The position numbers were made by a program, and so were the translations under genes. From Chara braunii (taxonomy: Eukaryota > Plantae > Charophyceae), in the NCBI GenBank assembly GCA_003427395.1, contig BFEA01000001.1, forward strand, positions 10,423,030 through 10,487,029: a stretch of 64,000 nt of DNA. The letters are read 5' to 3'. Positions 23,413 to 35,980 of this stretch are shown in pieces; the stretch's first letter is position 1, and each line of letters opens with the position of its first letter. The notes under the pieces were generated by a model. That model had not been told where the DNA came from, made no database searches, and saw only the letters and a program-made list of their open reading frames with translations.

Positions 23413-24489
23413 ATGAATGCTAATCAGGCAAACGCCAATCAGGCCCAAGCCAATCAAGCAAAGGGCGAGGCAGGGGGCGGCCTGGGGCCTGCGCCTCAGC
23501 CCGTGCCTCAGCCTGCACGCGCCCGCGCTCCTGCAGCCCCGCCCGATCTATATTTATTCGATCCAGCGCACCACCTGGCAGGAGCATGGCTTGCCACGCT
23601 CCAAGCGCAGCAGTACGATAATGATGAAGCTAGGATTAACATCCCAGCCCGACTAGGAGGCGACACCCATCACTGGTTCAGCACCTACGTATGGACTGAC
23701 CTTCCTACCTTCGAGAGGGACTTCCTACACCGATTTGATTACATACATCCAGAGCAAGCGTTCTTTATGATCAAAGACCGAGTGCAGAAGCCCCTCGAGT
23801 CTATTGTGGAATACTGTAGTCGGTTCTATCGACTGTTCCTAAAATCTCAGAGAGACGAAAAGGTAGGAAGAGAATTCTTCATAGATGGACTTTGAAGTAG
23901 AGCTATACGGGATAAGATATGAAAACAGTTCTCCCCTATCACCTTCACCCTGATGCAAGTCATGGACGCATGAGAAGAGATGGAGCGAAAGTTCGCTGCC
24001 AGCTTCCTCGAGGGAGAAGATCACGCTAAAGAAGGTGACTCTACGGAACTGACCCACGCAAGGATGGAATTAGCAGCCCTGCAACATAAGTTCGAAAATA
24101 TGGGCTTCGTGTCAGGCCTTGTCACCTACCTGGAACAGGTGGCAGCCCTACGACGCCCTCCCGGTCAGGGAGCAGGACCATCGACGCCCAAGGCGGCTGC
24201 ACAGACACCCACTCCGGCGGGGAGGATAGAGGAGTCGAACGCAGTACTAGACCTTACACGTACGCTGGTTAGCCTCATGCAAGAAAGCAAAAAAGAACAG
24301 CGCAAGTACAATGCCCGTATGGAGTCGCTGATGCGTTCCATGCGTCCCATTAATGTTCGCGCTGCCCCTTCTGCCACCCAAGCATCTGCTCCCTCAGCCG
24401 CGGGAGCTGGCGCAGGCACGACCCCTAGGACTGACACGTGTTACGCCTGCCATCAACCCGACCACATGGCCCGGGATTGCCCCCAGTGA
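23413..24489 (+). pseudogene. gag of element A
   Basis: Retrotrans_gag-like segment (WFS...W...FERDFLHRF...QKPLESIVEYCSRF...FIDGL*) and zinc knuckle CYACHQPDHMARDC, with internal stops. Confidence 0.88.
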
Positions 24490-24558
24490 CAAGTAAGAAT
24501 AGGGGCAGCCTCGGCAGCTGCAGCTCCCTTAGCTAACGGGCCTGGACGGGTAGGAAAC

Positions 24559-27500
24559 ATGGTAGAAGAAACGAACGTGGCAGCACCAAGCATAGGGGTA
24601 ATCGAGGAAGCCGCAAAGCTCATCCCACTAGATCAATTCCTCTCCTCGGGATATCCGGGGCTTGGGATGATAGGGGCAATCCAGTCCGCGGACGATGAGC
24701 GAGAGATTTCAGAATGGCGACCATCCTCGGGGGAAATGGAATCCGGCGGTCCTGAGTTCGTCACCGGGAAGATCGATGTTTTGGACATCGTCCGAGCCTT
24801 AGATCACCGCATTCTGCTTCTGATCGGCCATCTATTGTCCATATCAGAACAGGCCAATGATCGCATGCTCCGGCATTGCAAGGCCAATCGAAAATGATTC
24901 GCACTCGCCAAGCTGGCAACGGCCAAGGGGAAGGCTCCCATAAAGGAGACAAAGCCAGATACACCTGGACCCTCAGAGCCTGTACGCCTGGGACTTCTCC
25001 AGAAAAGCGACCATTTTCTGTGCATCAAAGCTATCCCGTGGAAGTCCGCGGAGTGTGACGTGGAGATCTGGGGAGTCCCATACAACGCGATCCTTGATTC
25101 CGGGGCAGCGGTGTTGGCAATATCCCCGCGAGTAGTGGAACGGACAAGAAGAAGGAAGAATCTGATCCCACTCAACGAAGGAGACCGTTTGATCTCCGTC
25201 GATGAGGAGAAGATCAAAGCGGTAGGAAAAATGACAAACGTCGCTTTTAAGTTGGGAAAAGTCCACGCCTTGGGAGACGTGGTGGTTCTTAATGTGATTC
25301 AGAACTCGTACGACGTACTCATCGGACTGCCTGCTTTAAACGCCCTCCAGGCCAATCTAGACTTTGAGCGACGGGAGGTGGTTATCAAGAACACCGGGGG
25401 TAAGCCGTACGCAGTCCCCATGCGCCTCACCCTCCGCACGACTACCAACCCGCCACGTAGATCTCACCCAGAGGTAGGCGGGCCGATTCGGACAGTCACC
25501 TGGGACGGACTCCTTGAGGACTCAGAGACTAGCAGCGAAGAACACACGGGATTCGGAAAGCGAGGACGAGATAGACCCGACGATTCAAGAGCTGACACGA
25601 AGGGTAATCCGTTACCCAGTCCGACAAAAAACGACGAAAACGTTCGTGTTGACTGAAGAAAATGTCCAACGAACTCGAGCTCTTATCATAAGAGAACCCC
25701 TGGTACAGGTGTCAAGTCTGCCCGACTCTTTGGAACCCCCTCGGACCCTGTACAAGGGCACTACTTCCTTGCTCCCCCGATACGTGGACAAGCGATCCTT
25801 CTGCGACGTCACGGAATCCCCTCCCCGATCGCTTCTTACCATAGACAAGGAGCTACGGTTGCTGCATCTGGGAGCGGAAATACAGGTTTTGGAACTCCCT
25901 GGGTGCCCCAAAGCCTCGTTGTTTGATATCGGGATAAGGATCGCTGAGAAATCGGTGGATCCCCGGGATATTGCGGACGAGATAACCCCCGAAGAACATG
26001 TGGTCATCCGAGAAGAGGAAGCCCAGATGGTAGCCACCGTGTTCTCGTGGCGGTCGGACAACTCTTTCATCTCTTCCCCACCGCCCCGGGACTCTAAGGC
26101 AGTACGCACCAAACATGTTACAGTCGATATACATGGACGACCTTACGAGTTACACGTGCCAGAATACGTGCCCGGCGGAACCCACCAACTTATTGCAGAG
26201 ATCTTAGCGGAATATCGGGGTGCTATCAGCATTGATGACGCAGACATCGGGTTATCTTTAATAATCCAGCACGAGATTCAGACCGGTACTCACCCGCCGA
26301 TTCATTGCAAAGCTTATCGATACTCATTGGCAGAACGAAAGACAGCACTCGAGCGAATCCGGGAATTCGAAGCTAATGGTTGGATAGAGCCCGCTACAGG
26401 TCCTTGGTCCTTTCCGGTAGTTTTGGTTCCGAAAAAGAACGGATCAATCCGCATTTGCATTGATTATCGGAAATTGAATGACATCATGATCAAGGATGTG
26501 TACCCCCTCCCTCAGATTGATGATCTGCTGGATGTGATTGGCTGTGCAAATTATTTTAGTAAATTTGATAATCAGCACGGGTTCCACCATATCCTTGTGA
26601 GGGCAGAGGATCAGTCGAAGACGGCGTTTGTCTTGTTTGAGGGCACATGGCAGTGGGTTCGATGCCCTATGGGTATATGCAATGCGCCGACGACTTTTCA
26701 GCGGGCAATGAATGTCACTTTCCCGAACTTCGTAAACAAGACCAGGTTAACTCAGGGCATGATCAATTTTTGCGTTATCGCATACATGGACGATATTTTG
26801 GTGTATTATGAATCATTCCATGGACACGCGCAGCATATTGAATGGACACTTGGCGCGCTGCGGGACGCCGGTTTCAAGATTGCGTTGGAGAAAAATGAAT
26901 TCTTCCTGTCCGAGATCTCGTTCCTGGGCTACGTGGTAACCCGAGGAGGCTTGAGACAAGATTCGAGGAAGGTCGAGGCTGTTCGAGAAGCACCCACGCC
27001 CACGTCATTGACGCAGGTTCGAGCCTTCCTGGGACTGGCCTCGTACCACCGACGGTTTATCAAGGGCTTTGCGACAATCGCTCGGCCCCTGACGAACTGA
27101 GGAAGGAACAGCCACTGAACTGGGACGCGGAGTGTGAGCAGGCCTTTTGCACTTTGAAGGAAGCCCTGGCCTCGGCCCCTATTTTAATCCGGCCCGATCC
27201 CGAGCGCCAGTTCCTACTCATTACTGATTGGCAGCCGGAGGCTATCTCCGCTATCCTAGCTCAGAAGGGGAAAGATGGGCGGGAGCACGTAGTCGAATAT
27301 GCTTCGAGGACGGTGCCGGATGAAAGGAAGAACGACTTGGCGCCACAAGGAGAATGCTACGATGTCGTCTGGGGAATCTAACACTTCCACCCGTATCTCT
27401 ACGGGCAGAAGTTCCTCCTCGTAACGGATCACGAGCCATTCTTGGCCCTGAAGAAGTTGACGAACTACACGGGAATGATTGGGCAATGGGCGGTGAGGCT

Positions 27501-29386
27501 GCAGGAGTATGACTTCGATATCGTCCACAGAAAAACGGAAAGGCACGGGAACGCCGATGGATTGACACGTCTGCACCGGCCAGGCAAGGTGCCATGCAAC
27601 GAAGAGATCACTCCGTGGAAGGATCCGGAGAAGCCCAAGGGACCCGGGTACGGCCAGGTGAAGGTTCTCCCTCGGCAGGCGAAGAAGTGACACGTGTCCT
27701 TATGGCGGCCCAGAGAGAAGAGAACGCCGAGGGCCCTCTCTCGCCTTCTTCCTCTTCTCTATTCTCCCTCCCCGATCGTTTTTGTTTTCTGTGTGAGTAT
27801 ATCTCGCGCATCCACTTCGTTTCGGTTAAACCGAAAAATGAAGGGTACATCGAGTGGGTAGAGTGTGCCACATGCGTAGTCAGGGCCCATGGATCATGGA
27901 TCCAATATAGGAATCCGTAGAAACGGTGGCTCTGCCATCTGTGCCGTACTGATAAGATTCCGACGGAGGCTCGATTCTTGGAAGCGACATCAGAAGGATT
28001 GGAAAAGATCTTATAGTATAGACGGGCAGAGGTGTGGACAGATGTCGCTTTGATAGCGACCGTCGTAGGGAACCGTCTTCGAGAATTCTCCAAGGACGAT
28101 CGGAGACGGGCCAATGAAAGGGCGCGGGGTTATAGGTGGAATGAGGGACGGTTAGAAAAACGAAAAACAGACGGGAGCGGAATATGGATGGCAGTTCCGC
28201 ACCCGTTTATGAGGTATGAATGGGTTAAAGAAGCCCACGAAGAGACAACAGCCCATTTCGCGGTCAGGATCACCGAGTCCGCCATCGACAAGAATGAATG
28301 GTATTGGTCCAACATTAGGGACGACGTTAAATATATTGTTAAAAATTATCCCGTCTGTGCGGCGACAAGGCACCGATTCAGCCACCTAGGTGGATAATGC
28401 CCACCGTAGTCCAACGACCATTTCAGAGGGTTAGCATGGACACGGCGGATATTATCGCCCCCCCTGGACCGAACAGTTGTGAATATTCAATTCTCTTGGT
28501 GTTTGTCGACCACTTCTCAAAGTGGATTGAGGCCTACCCATGTCGGACAAGACAGACGACGGAAATAGCGCGGTATGTCAACCGTTTCCTCGGGATGCAT
28601 TAGGACACCGAGGAAATCCTTACCGACAACGGAGCGGAATTCAAGGGAGAAGTCATGAGGAAGCTGGTCGTACACGGGGTGTCTATTCGTAATACGGCTC
28701 CCCATATGTCTCAATCGAACGGCCTCGTGGAAAATGCCAACCGGGTAATTAAAACGACACTTCGACGGAATATTGCAGCCAAGGACACGCGGCAGTGGCC
28801 TGATATCGTAGATCATGTCTTAGCTATACATCGAGGGACCCCGCATGAATCTACCGGACTTTCACCTTTCCAGCTACGTACGAACCTAAATGACGAAACG
28901 GCGCTGGACAAACATCCCACACGGGTGACGGCCAAGGACAAGGCCAAGCGCCATTTGGACCTCATGGAACAGGCCCTTCCGAGATTGGCCCGGAAACGAC
29001 AGCGTATGACTGAATTGGCCCAGGGACGCCAGGTCCGGAGTTATGAGGCCCGAAATGGGAATGCAGGTCCTCGGCCCCAGTATAAATTGGGGGACTTGGT
29101 GCAGGTGAGGAAATGTGCACGCCAGGGTAAGCTAGCGCCACGATTCTACGGATGCTTCAGAGTAATCGAGCTCGGTCCTAACGGCGTGAACACAGTGCGG
29201 CTTGCTCCTGAGGTGTCAGACAGCTGGTTGGCTAGGCCTATCATCCGCCACGTGTCCTACCTCCTCCATCTCTCGACTTCTTCCCCTCCTTCTCCAGCTG
29301 GGTCAATTTCGGAGTCTGAGTGGGATAGTGACGAGCCTCATTCTCTTTCTTCTACTCGTTCATCTTCTCCCTCCTCTTCGCCATGA
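24559..29386 (+). pseudogene. pol of element A: protease, RT, RNase H, PHD finger, integrase; disrupted
   Basis: PR AILDSGA. RT PVVLVPKKNG, CIDYRKLN, PMGICNAP, AYMDD. RH LITDW, VEYASR, VTDH, HGNADGLTR. IN H..H..C, SMD, TDNGAEF, NGLVE, FYGCFRV. Several stops and frameshifts. Confidence 0.95.
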
Positions 29387-29868
29387 GTTTCTCCACGGAG
29401 CAGGTACTCAGTGAACGCATCTTGGCGCCAGGTGGGCATATCTCGTCAATTCGGCAAGTGTATCATCCGCGCATCAGCCCGGACGCTCTCCGCTTCTCCC
29501 AGTTCTTCAGTACGGCGGGATTCCACGAGGCGACAAAATTTCGATTTGTGATCCCCAACAGCAGGTCGCACATGCTGGCCGAAGCCTCGGCTTACCGCAG
29601 GCTCTCAACGCTAGGGACTACTCACAATTCGGTAGTTGTCATCTTCAGCGGGGATCTTACTTCGCTCGACCCCGGAACGCATACGGCCATTCTTGACTCG
29701 TTGCGAGATTGGGGAGCGCAATTGTCGAGGGTGTGGAGTCAGATGCTCGCGCAACGGGGGGAGAACATCGTCAATACCGACCATATTGACATAAACGACA
29801 TTCGCCTCTCTCGGCACGCACTAGCGGTGCACATCCCCGAGCTTGTCCCCTTCCTGCGCCCCCAATGA
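29383..29868 (+). CDS. Extra ORF (161 aa, unknown function) after integrase
   Basis: Intact, globular-looking ORF whose ATG overlaps the pol stop (ATGA at 29383-29386). Confidence 0.55.
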   Translation: MSFSTEQVLSERILAPGGHISSIRQVYHPRISPDALRFSQFFSTAGFHEATKFRFVIPNSRSHMLAEASAYRRLSTLGTTHNSVVVIFSGDLTSLDPGTHTAILDSLRDWGAQLSRVWSQMLAQRGENIVNTDHIDINDIRLSRHALAVHIPELVPFLRPQ

Positions 29869-30075
29869 ACCTCTTCAGATTCTCTACTTTCAGCACAAGT
29901 GCTTGGGTAAAGGCTTTCTTCAATCTGAAGAAAGCCAACTGGCGCGTGGGTGTCCATATGAAAGGGACATCCTTTGGCAACAGGTTAGTCAGGGGAGCGG
30001 CCACAGTAGAGAAGTTTCTAATGAACTTCATATTATAAGAGGCCAGTCCCATGAAAGACTTGGATGTCCCTAACA
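29866..30075 (-). pseudogene. Inverted fragment of a different Gypsy pol (RT thumb/connection)
   Basis: FMGLASYNMKFIRNFSTVAAPLTNLLPKDVPFIWTPTRQLAFFRLKKAFTQALVL is homologous to, but clearly different from, element A's own FLGLASYHRRFIKGFATIARPLTN... Confidence 0.88.
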
Positions 30076-30187
30076 GTCGGCGGCTGAGGCCAGTCCCTAA
30101 CTGCAGCCACCTTGGAGTCATCTAGGGAGAGGCCATCTGCAGAAATCACATGTCCCAAATACAAAACAGAAGAAGCACCAAAGGAAG

Positions 30188-30796
30188 ATGCGCACCGTCA
30201 TGCAGAGACTTCTGGCACGGCGACGCGCAGGCGATCCCACTCCCCCTCCCCTTCCCCCCGTCCCTCAGTTCGAGCTCGTGGCAATGCAGGACATCGGGTT
30301 ACGTCCCCGTTCCCTATCCCGCCGTCCCCTTGATTACATCACATTCCGACCGATCGATACTCCGCGCTCCTTCCCCTCTAATCCTTTTCCTCCTTCGACC
30401 TTCCACCAATTTTACGCCACCCGCCTCGTCGCCATAGTATACCCGCACCCCGCCGCCCAATGTGTCTTTTCTTCCTTCTATCTCCATGTCCTTCTGTTCA
30501 ACGCTGCGTGGCGAGACCAGGATGTCATTGAAGTCTACTGCATCATCACCGGAACTATCCCCGTGTGTGCAGATCATGAGCAGTTCCGCGCGACGTTGTT
30601 TCGCACCTTCTCAACCCTCTATCCCGATTATCTTGCTTCCCTCCCCGAGAGCGGAAATCGTTTCCCCCGCATCCATCACATCATTAGGTACCAGGAGCTC
30701 CCTGAAACGGTGATGGGGATGACAAATTTCTTACCGCCTCTCCCGAATGATCCTCCCCCGCCTATCCCCGCCATCTTTCGACTCCCCCACCCTTGA
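30188..30796 (+). CDS. Second extra ORF (202 aa, unknown function) before the 3' LTR
   Basis: Intact ORF with Pro-rich ends and a beta-strand-like hydrophobic core. Confidence 0.5.
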   Translation: MRTVMQRLLARRRAGDPTPPPLPPVPQFELVAMQDIGLRPRSLSRRPLDYITFRPIDTPRSFPSNPFPPSTFHQFYATRLVAIVYPHPAAQCVFSSFYLHVLLFNAAWRDQDVIEVYCIITGTIPVCADHEQFRATLFRTFSTLYPDYLASLPESGNRFPRIHHIIRYQELPETVMGMTNFLPPLPNDPPPPIPAIFRLPHP

Positions 30797-30869
30797 GACG
30801 AGGACGACTCGAATGACATGTCGACAAGATGACTTCCACACTCTTATCCTACGGTAACGACGCATGTAA

Positions 30870-31706
30870 TATTGGTGGAATTGTAAACCAAGCGCGGGGG
30901 GGGAACAACTTCGGCTATGACCTTTTTCTCTTTTCTTTTCTTTTCTTTTGTTTTCAAATAAAGCGTCTGTCTTTTCGGCGCGATAATCGCGTGGGTAAGT
31001 CTTTCGGAATTTTTGAATTTAGAACAAGCCCATGCGGGCTCTCGGAATTTTTTTTTGTAATTAGGACTTTAATTAGACTAGGAAATTGGGTGCGTCATAA
31101 TTTTTGCCCGTAACTGCACATCGCCTCTTGCTTGCGCGCACGCTTTGCTGCACAGGGACCAGCGCTCTGTTCCCGCCGCGCCTAAATTCTAATCTCAACT
31201 GTAATCTCTTCTTGTTCCTTCCCCGCTACGCAGGAGTAACTGTAATCTTCCCCGTTCTTGAAATTCCCTTCCCGCGTCACTGCATGCGCACTCTACATCC
31301 TATCTCATTGGCTGGATCGTTGCATGGTTGGATCAAAGCGTGGAGTGAGGCTACGTCCCCCACGCCGCGGCCCGGTCATGCACTCGTAGGCACTTCCTTT
31401 CTCCCTTCTTTCCTGTTCCTCTGGCAATCCCGAATATTGCGCGCTGATTAACAAGCTATAAATTATGCAAGTGCGATTGATTTTCTCTCTAAGCTACTTG
31501 GGAGTTAGCGCGGTCGAGAGGATCGGCTAACGTGCAGAAAGACAATCAGTAGAGAGTTGGGCGATATGACGAGCTGGTGCTGAGTGCGCGGTGTTGACAC
31601 ATGGCCGCGAGGGACTGTGGCACGTGGGCGAACCTGGTTTGCATGCTCAGGCTAAGCGGGGTGACGACTCTGTGAGGTCTTTGGGATGCGCGGCGACGGA
31701 CTGCCC

Positions 31707-31750
<44 letters not shown>

Positions 31751-31855
31751 NNNNNNNNNNNNNNNNNNNNNNNNNNNNNNNNNNNNNNNNNNNNNNNNNN
31801 NNNNNNNNNNNNNNNNNNNNNNNNNNNNNNNNNNNNNNNNNNNNNNNNNNNNNNN

Positions 31856-31923
<68 letters not shown>

Positions 31924-33528
31924 GAGGGATATGGTGGAACAGTGTCTTTTCCTCCCTCCCTTCTATATAAATTTTGATTCCAACGTTGGCCAATTTTGTT
32001 GCGGCAGAGAGCAAAAAAGACTAGAATAAGAATGACTCTCTCGCCCATTTGGTTCTCTCACTCTTTGACGTTTAGACTCTCAGCATGAGGCGCAATTTGG
32101 ACTCCCCGACTAGAGCTCATTGTCGGAGTTGGTTCCGGACGGCCAGCACCGATCCAAGGGATAGGCACTTTTTGGATTTCCTGTGTAAATCTTCTCGGAT
32201 CTCTTTGTTGGAATGCATGTATGTATCGCATTCTTTCTCGCAAATTGTCTTTGCTTTTCCATTTTGTTTTATTCAGTAGATTAGCATGGTTTTAACTTTG
32301 TCGCTTTTTCAGCATTCGACATCGCAGTGCATGTATCGATCTACGAGTGTGAGTTCTCTCAGATCTAGTCGGTGCGCTCCCTACGCGGGATTAGCCCAAT
32401 CACTTGCGTTCGACCTGTGTAAGAGATTACGGGAATTACTGGGAATGTATGTCTGCTCTTCGAATGTTTGATGGTCTTTTCCTTTGATGCATAAAAGTAT
32501 AACCAGGGAGGGGCTGTTCTGGGAACGGGGTTGCATGCATAATCGGACCAAGGTGCCAATAGATTGCTCCGCCATTAGGACGCGCAACTTAGGACTTAAC
32601 TAGTTGGCCAGTGCGTACGCGCGTGGAAGACGGCAATCCATCAACGGATTTGCCATCTACACGCACGCATGCAGGGGCTAGTTACGATCCCGCCACGTAG
32701 GAATGATGTGTGTGAGTGAGTCCCGTTGATCCGGATATGGCGATCAAAACTCCTTTTTGGATCACCGACCGCGAAACCCTGAGAGATCACGAGTACACGA
32801 CATATTGGGAAAGGGAACAGATCCGACGACAACAAGTCCGGCAGCAACGGATCAGACGGCAACAAAACTTGCGGAACCTTGATTACCCCTGCCGAACTGA
32901 GCACGGGCGACTGTGTAGGGGCAATTTCCAGTTGGCATTCAACCGGGACTCCCGAATTCCTGAGTACCCCGACAGTAGACACCAACAATACTTTATCACT
33001 CCAGGCTTCGTCGCTATCACGACTAATTTCCCTCCCCATTACATCGTCCTCCCGTATCACCGATTGCTAGTTACCCCCTGGGACTCCATATCCCGATTTT
33101 GGCCCCGGCCTCCGTGCCAGAGTGCCAGAGTGCCAGCAGCCCAATGAGTACGAACAGACGGAGGCCACGCATTTGACTCCTCCCCGGAGAGAACGATGAG
33201 AACCCAGCTCGTCCTCCTCATCAGACTCTGACTCTGAGTTCTGCATCGGACGGCAGAGGTACGAGCATTCCCACAGCGACATCCACAACACCCCGTTCGT
33301 GCACCCGACTCTTTCCCACCCCGGCCGCAGGAATGGCGCCTACCCCAACTCTGAGCTAGAGGAACCACTTGCACTTCTACCCCTGAAACTTAACACAGGA
33401 GATTCCAGTTCCGACCTGGAACTCCACCCCCACTTTCCAAAAATCCTTGGCACACCCCTTTTCGCACTTCCAGGCCCACTAACACTCCGAAACAGGAAGT
33501 CGCGTTGGGCGTGAGGTTGGGCGTCACA
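30870..33528 (+). repeat. 3' LTR of element A (~2.6 kb; left boundary approximate; contains (GA)n and a gap)
   Basis: The right end is defined by the match to the 5' remnant and the CA terminus. The left end is estimated from the motif CTAGGAAATTGGG (31078) shared with the solo LTR (36967). Confidence 0.7.
32737..33147 (+). CDS. LTR-embedded ORF of unknown function (homologue of 38457-38900)
   Basis: FITPGFVAITTNFPPHYIVLPYHRLLVTPWDSISRFWPRPPCQSAR aligns without gaps to the ORF in the solo LTR. Confidence 0.6.
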   Translation: MAIKTPFWITDRETLRDHEYTTYWEREQIRRQQVRQQRIRRQQNLRNLDYPCRTEHGRLCRGNFQLAFNRDSRIPEYPDSRHQQYFITPGFVAITTNFPPHYIVLPYHRLLVTPWDSISRFWPRPPCQSARVPAAQ

Positions 33529-34734
33529 TCCTCCTCACCTCTCGTTTTCGGTGACAAAAAATAAAAAAATAAAGGGAAAAACAATGCATGAACAAAAAAA
33601 GATCATTGGAGTCGGGAAGAAGATTGACCAGCCGCAAGAAGGGGGCGGTGCTGGGTCAATCAATCCCTCGACCAAGGAAACCAAACGATCAGCCATTGTA
33701 TTCTCCTCGGATACGTTGGATTCTGAGCCGAAGATAGACGGTGCAACTCATGATTCTCTTGTTGTTGAATACTTGGAGAATTAACAGGAAACTTCCTATA
33801 AATGGAAGGAACCCTCAATGGACGACCTGGACTTTGTGGTCCTAGGTTTATTTCGGGAGGGAGCCATCCAGTTTGAACCTCAAGCGGATTCAAAGAAGGC
33901 AATAATGTATACTATGAGCAAGAAGGCTCGTGCTAATGATAGCTTGTTGATCCCCACAGTTGAAGAGCAGTATTTAGGGGATCCTAGCAGATAAGACCAC
34001 CTCCAAAAAAAGGAGCCATTGGAATAGATCAGCTAAGAAGTCTTTGATTTATGCAAATCCTATGGCCACCCTCAGCAAGGCAGATAAACGGAAGGGGGAC
34101 ATACTAAAATGTTTAGTTCCCCTTATCTGCTCCACTCCCGAAAACGGATCATGGTGCTAGCTAAGCAATCAAATGACAAGACATTGTCGATTCCTTCTAT
34201 TGGGGTGGTTGCAACACCCCCTGAAGAATAAATGATCAAAATAGTTAATGAACAAATTCTCCACTGTTACTACTTGGGCTCGTGCACTATGCTTTTGAAG
34301 CCTCGTTTGGGTGGACACATTGCTTCCTTGCCTGACGACAGAAAGATCATACTGCATATAGTTTCCATGGTCGTTCATGTTATTTCTGCCTCCTTCGCAG
34401 CCTTGTGTACTGCTAGGGTGTATTGGTGACCCTTACAAGACCTGGTTTTGCAGACGAGTGATTCTCTCTCGACGATCCGATTAGCCCCCGATCTCTCTAC
34501 TACAACGATTGCTGATTGATTTACCTGGGTAGACACTTCTACCTTTTTGTTTTATAACTTGTTTCACACTCAGGTCTCTCGAGGGGGTCTTCCAAAGATG
34601 GCACGGACCATCCTAATGATTCTGCCGAATAAAGTTTGTTTGGTGAGCTAAAATATCAAGGGGCTAGGAGACACTTCAAATGGGCAAAAACGTTCAAGAC
34701 TACTATCCTGGATTCATTATGCAAAAGCGCACAT

Positions 34735-35980
34735 TGTGTGCATACAAGAAGTGAAGTTTAATTCAAAAAAAGAAAACAAATCCTCATGTGGTGAGAATGA
34801 TCGAGGTTGACTCTGTGTAGTGTGTGGACTTTTGGTTGACTCTTTAATGTGATTGCAGATATGTTCTGTGGTTCGGACTTTGGATTTGATTGCCTGCAAT
34901 CATATACATATATATGGCTGTGAGGAGTCCCATTGTGATTGTGAGAAGTGATCGTCACGTACTTATTCCCATTTTATTATTGTATGTTTTTTAAAGATTT
35001 CTTAGTCGGACGTTGTTCCTGGGCCTGGATTCGAGGGCCTTGTCCACGACATCCCAGGTCCTAGACTCTGCATGGAAGGGATCACCCCCCGTGGAGAGCC
35101 TATTTGCCTTACCCACTGGGACACTCAGCCTAAAGGCCGAAGGTGCCTCGGAAGTCGCACGATTGTTCGTTCAACCGTGCAATATCGTGAAGGGGTAGAC
35201 CCTCACGATACTTCGAGTTTGACACTTGGGTGTCATAAGCGGTACTCGAACCCACGAGCGGTACTCAAACCCACGAGGGACCGCTTGATTATGGGCTCTA
35301 CATAGTACGCCATCATTGCGACTGCTTGCATATTCATACATTGCTAGTCGATATGAGAAGATCCTGCGTCCACGCGGTTTTATACTAAGTCTCGCGCGCG
35401 TCGCCTATCTGATTTTCGCATCGGAAAATTATGGGATGGCTACTGAAGGGACTAGGATTGTATGCGTTGTTCTGTTTGTGTCGTTTTGTGCGTGCGTGTG
35501 TATGTGTTTTAAATTTTTATGTTCTTAGAGTGGTGTACGGGTGACGTGTGGGAAGCATCCTAGTCGACCAACGACAGGTCGCGCTTAGGACCTCAGCCCC
35601 CCAAGGCGTTGGTTCTCGTGCAGGTCCGATAGAGGTGTAAAACCGCGCGTACCTCCTATGCTACAGCGAACAAGAAATGGCCTCGGCTGGTCCACCTCTG
35701 CGATTGCAGCTGATTAGCTTTCGTAATGTGGATTGGTAGCTCGACGAGGATACGCCCACCGAAGGGAGGTGACAGCTCCCATAAGGTGGAGGTAAGTCGT
35801 GTCTTGCGTAGGCCCTATCCTATCGTAGGGGCTTGCGAGGGGTATGGCTGGCGCACTCGACCGGAGCGGCTTGCGGAAACTCCATGTACATATCGTGATG
35901 AGGAATAAACCAACTCCTGCGTGACGTGGCCAGGAGGGTCCCGCCCCGTTCTGTGCGGTGTTGAACCGATACGCGCGACG
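34735..35980 (+). repeat. Third, more diverged copy of the 3' part of the family-B LTR
   Basis: 34790-34960 matches 56870-57040 and 35295-35980 matches 57460-58126. Confidence 0.85.

Larger units (their letters stand above)
22949..33528 (+). mobile_element. Ty3/Gypsy LTR retrotransposon A (5' LTR truncated)
   Basis: Gag-PR-RT-RH-IN order. The 5' LTR remnant 22949-23245 matches 33205-33520. The PBS follows it and the 3' LTR ends GGGCGTCACA at 33528. Confidence 0.93.
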
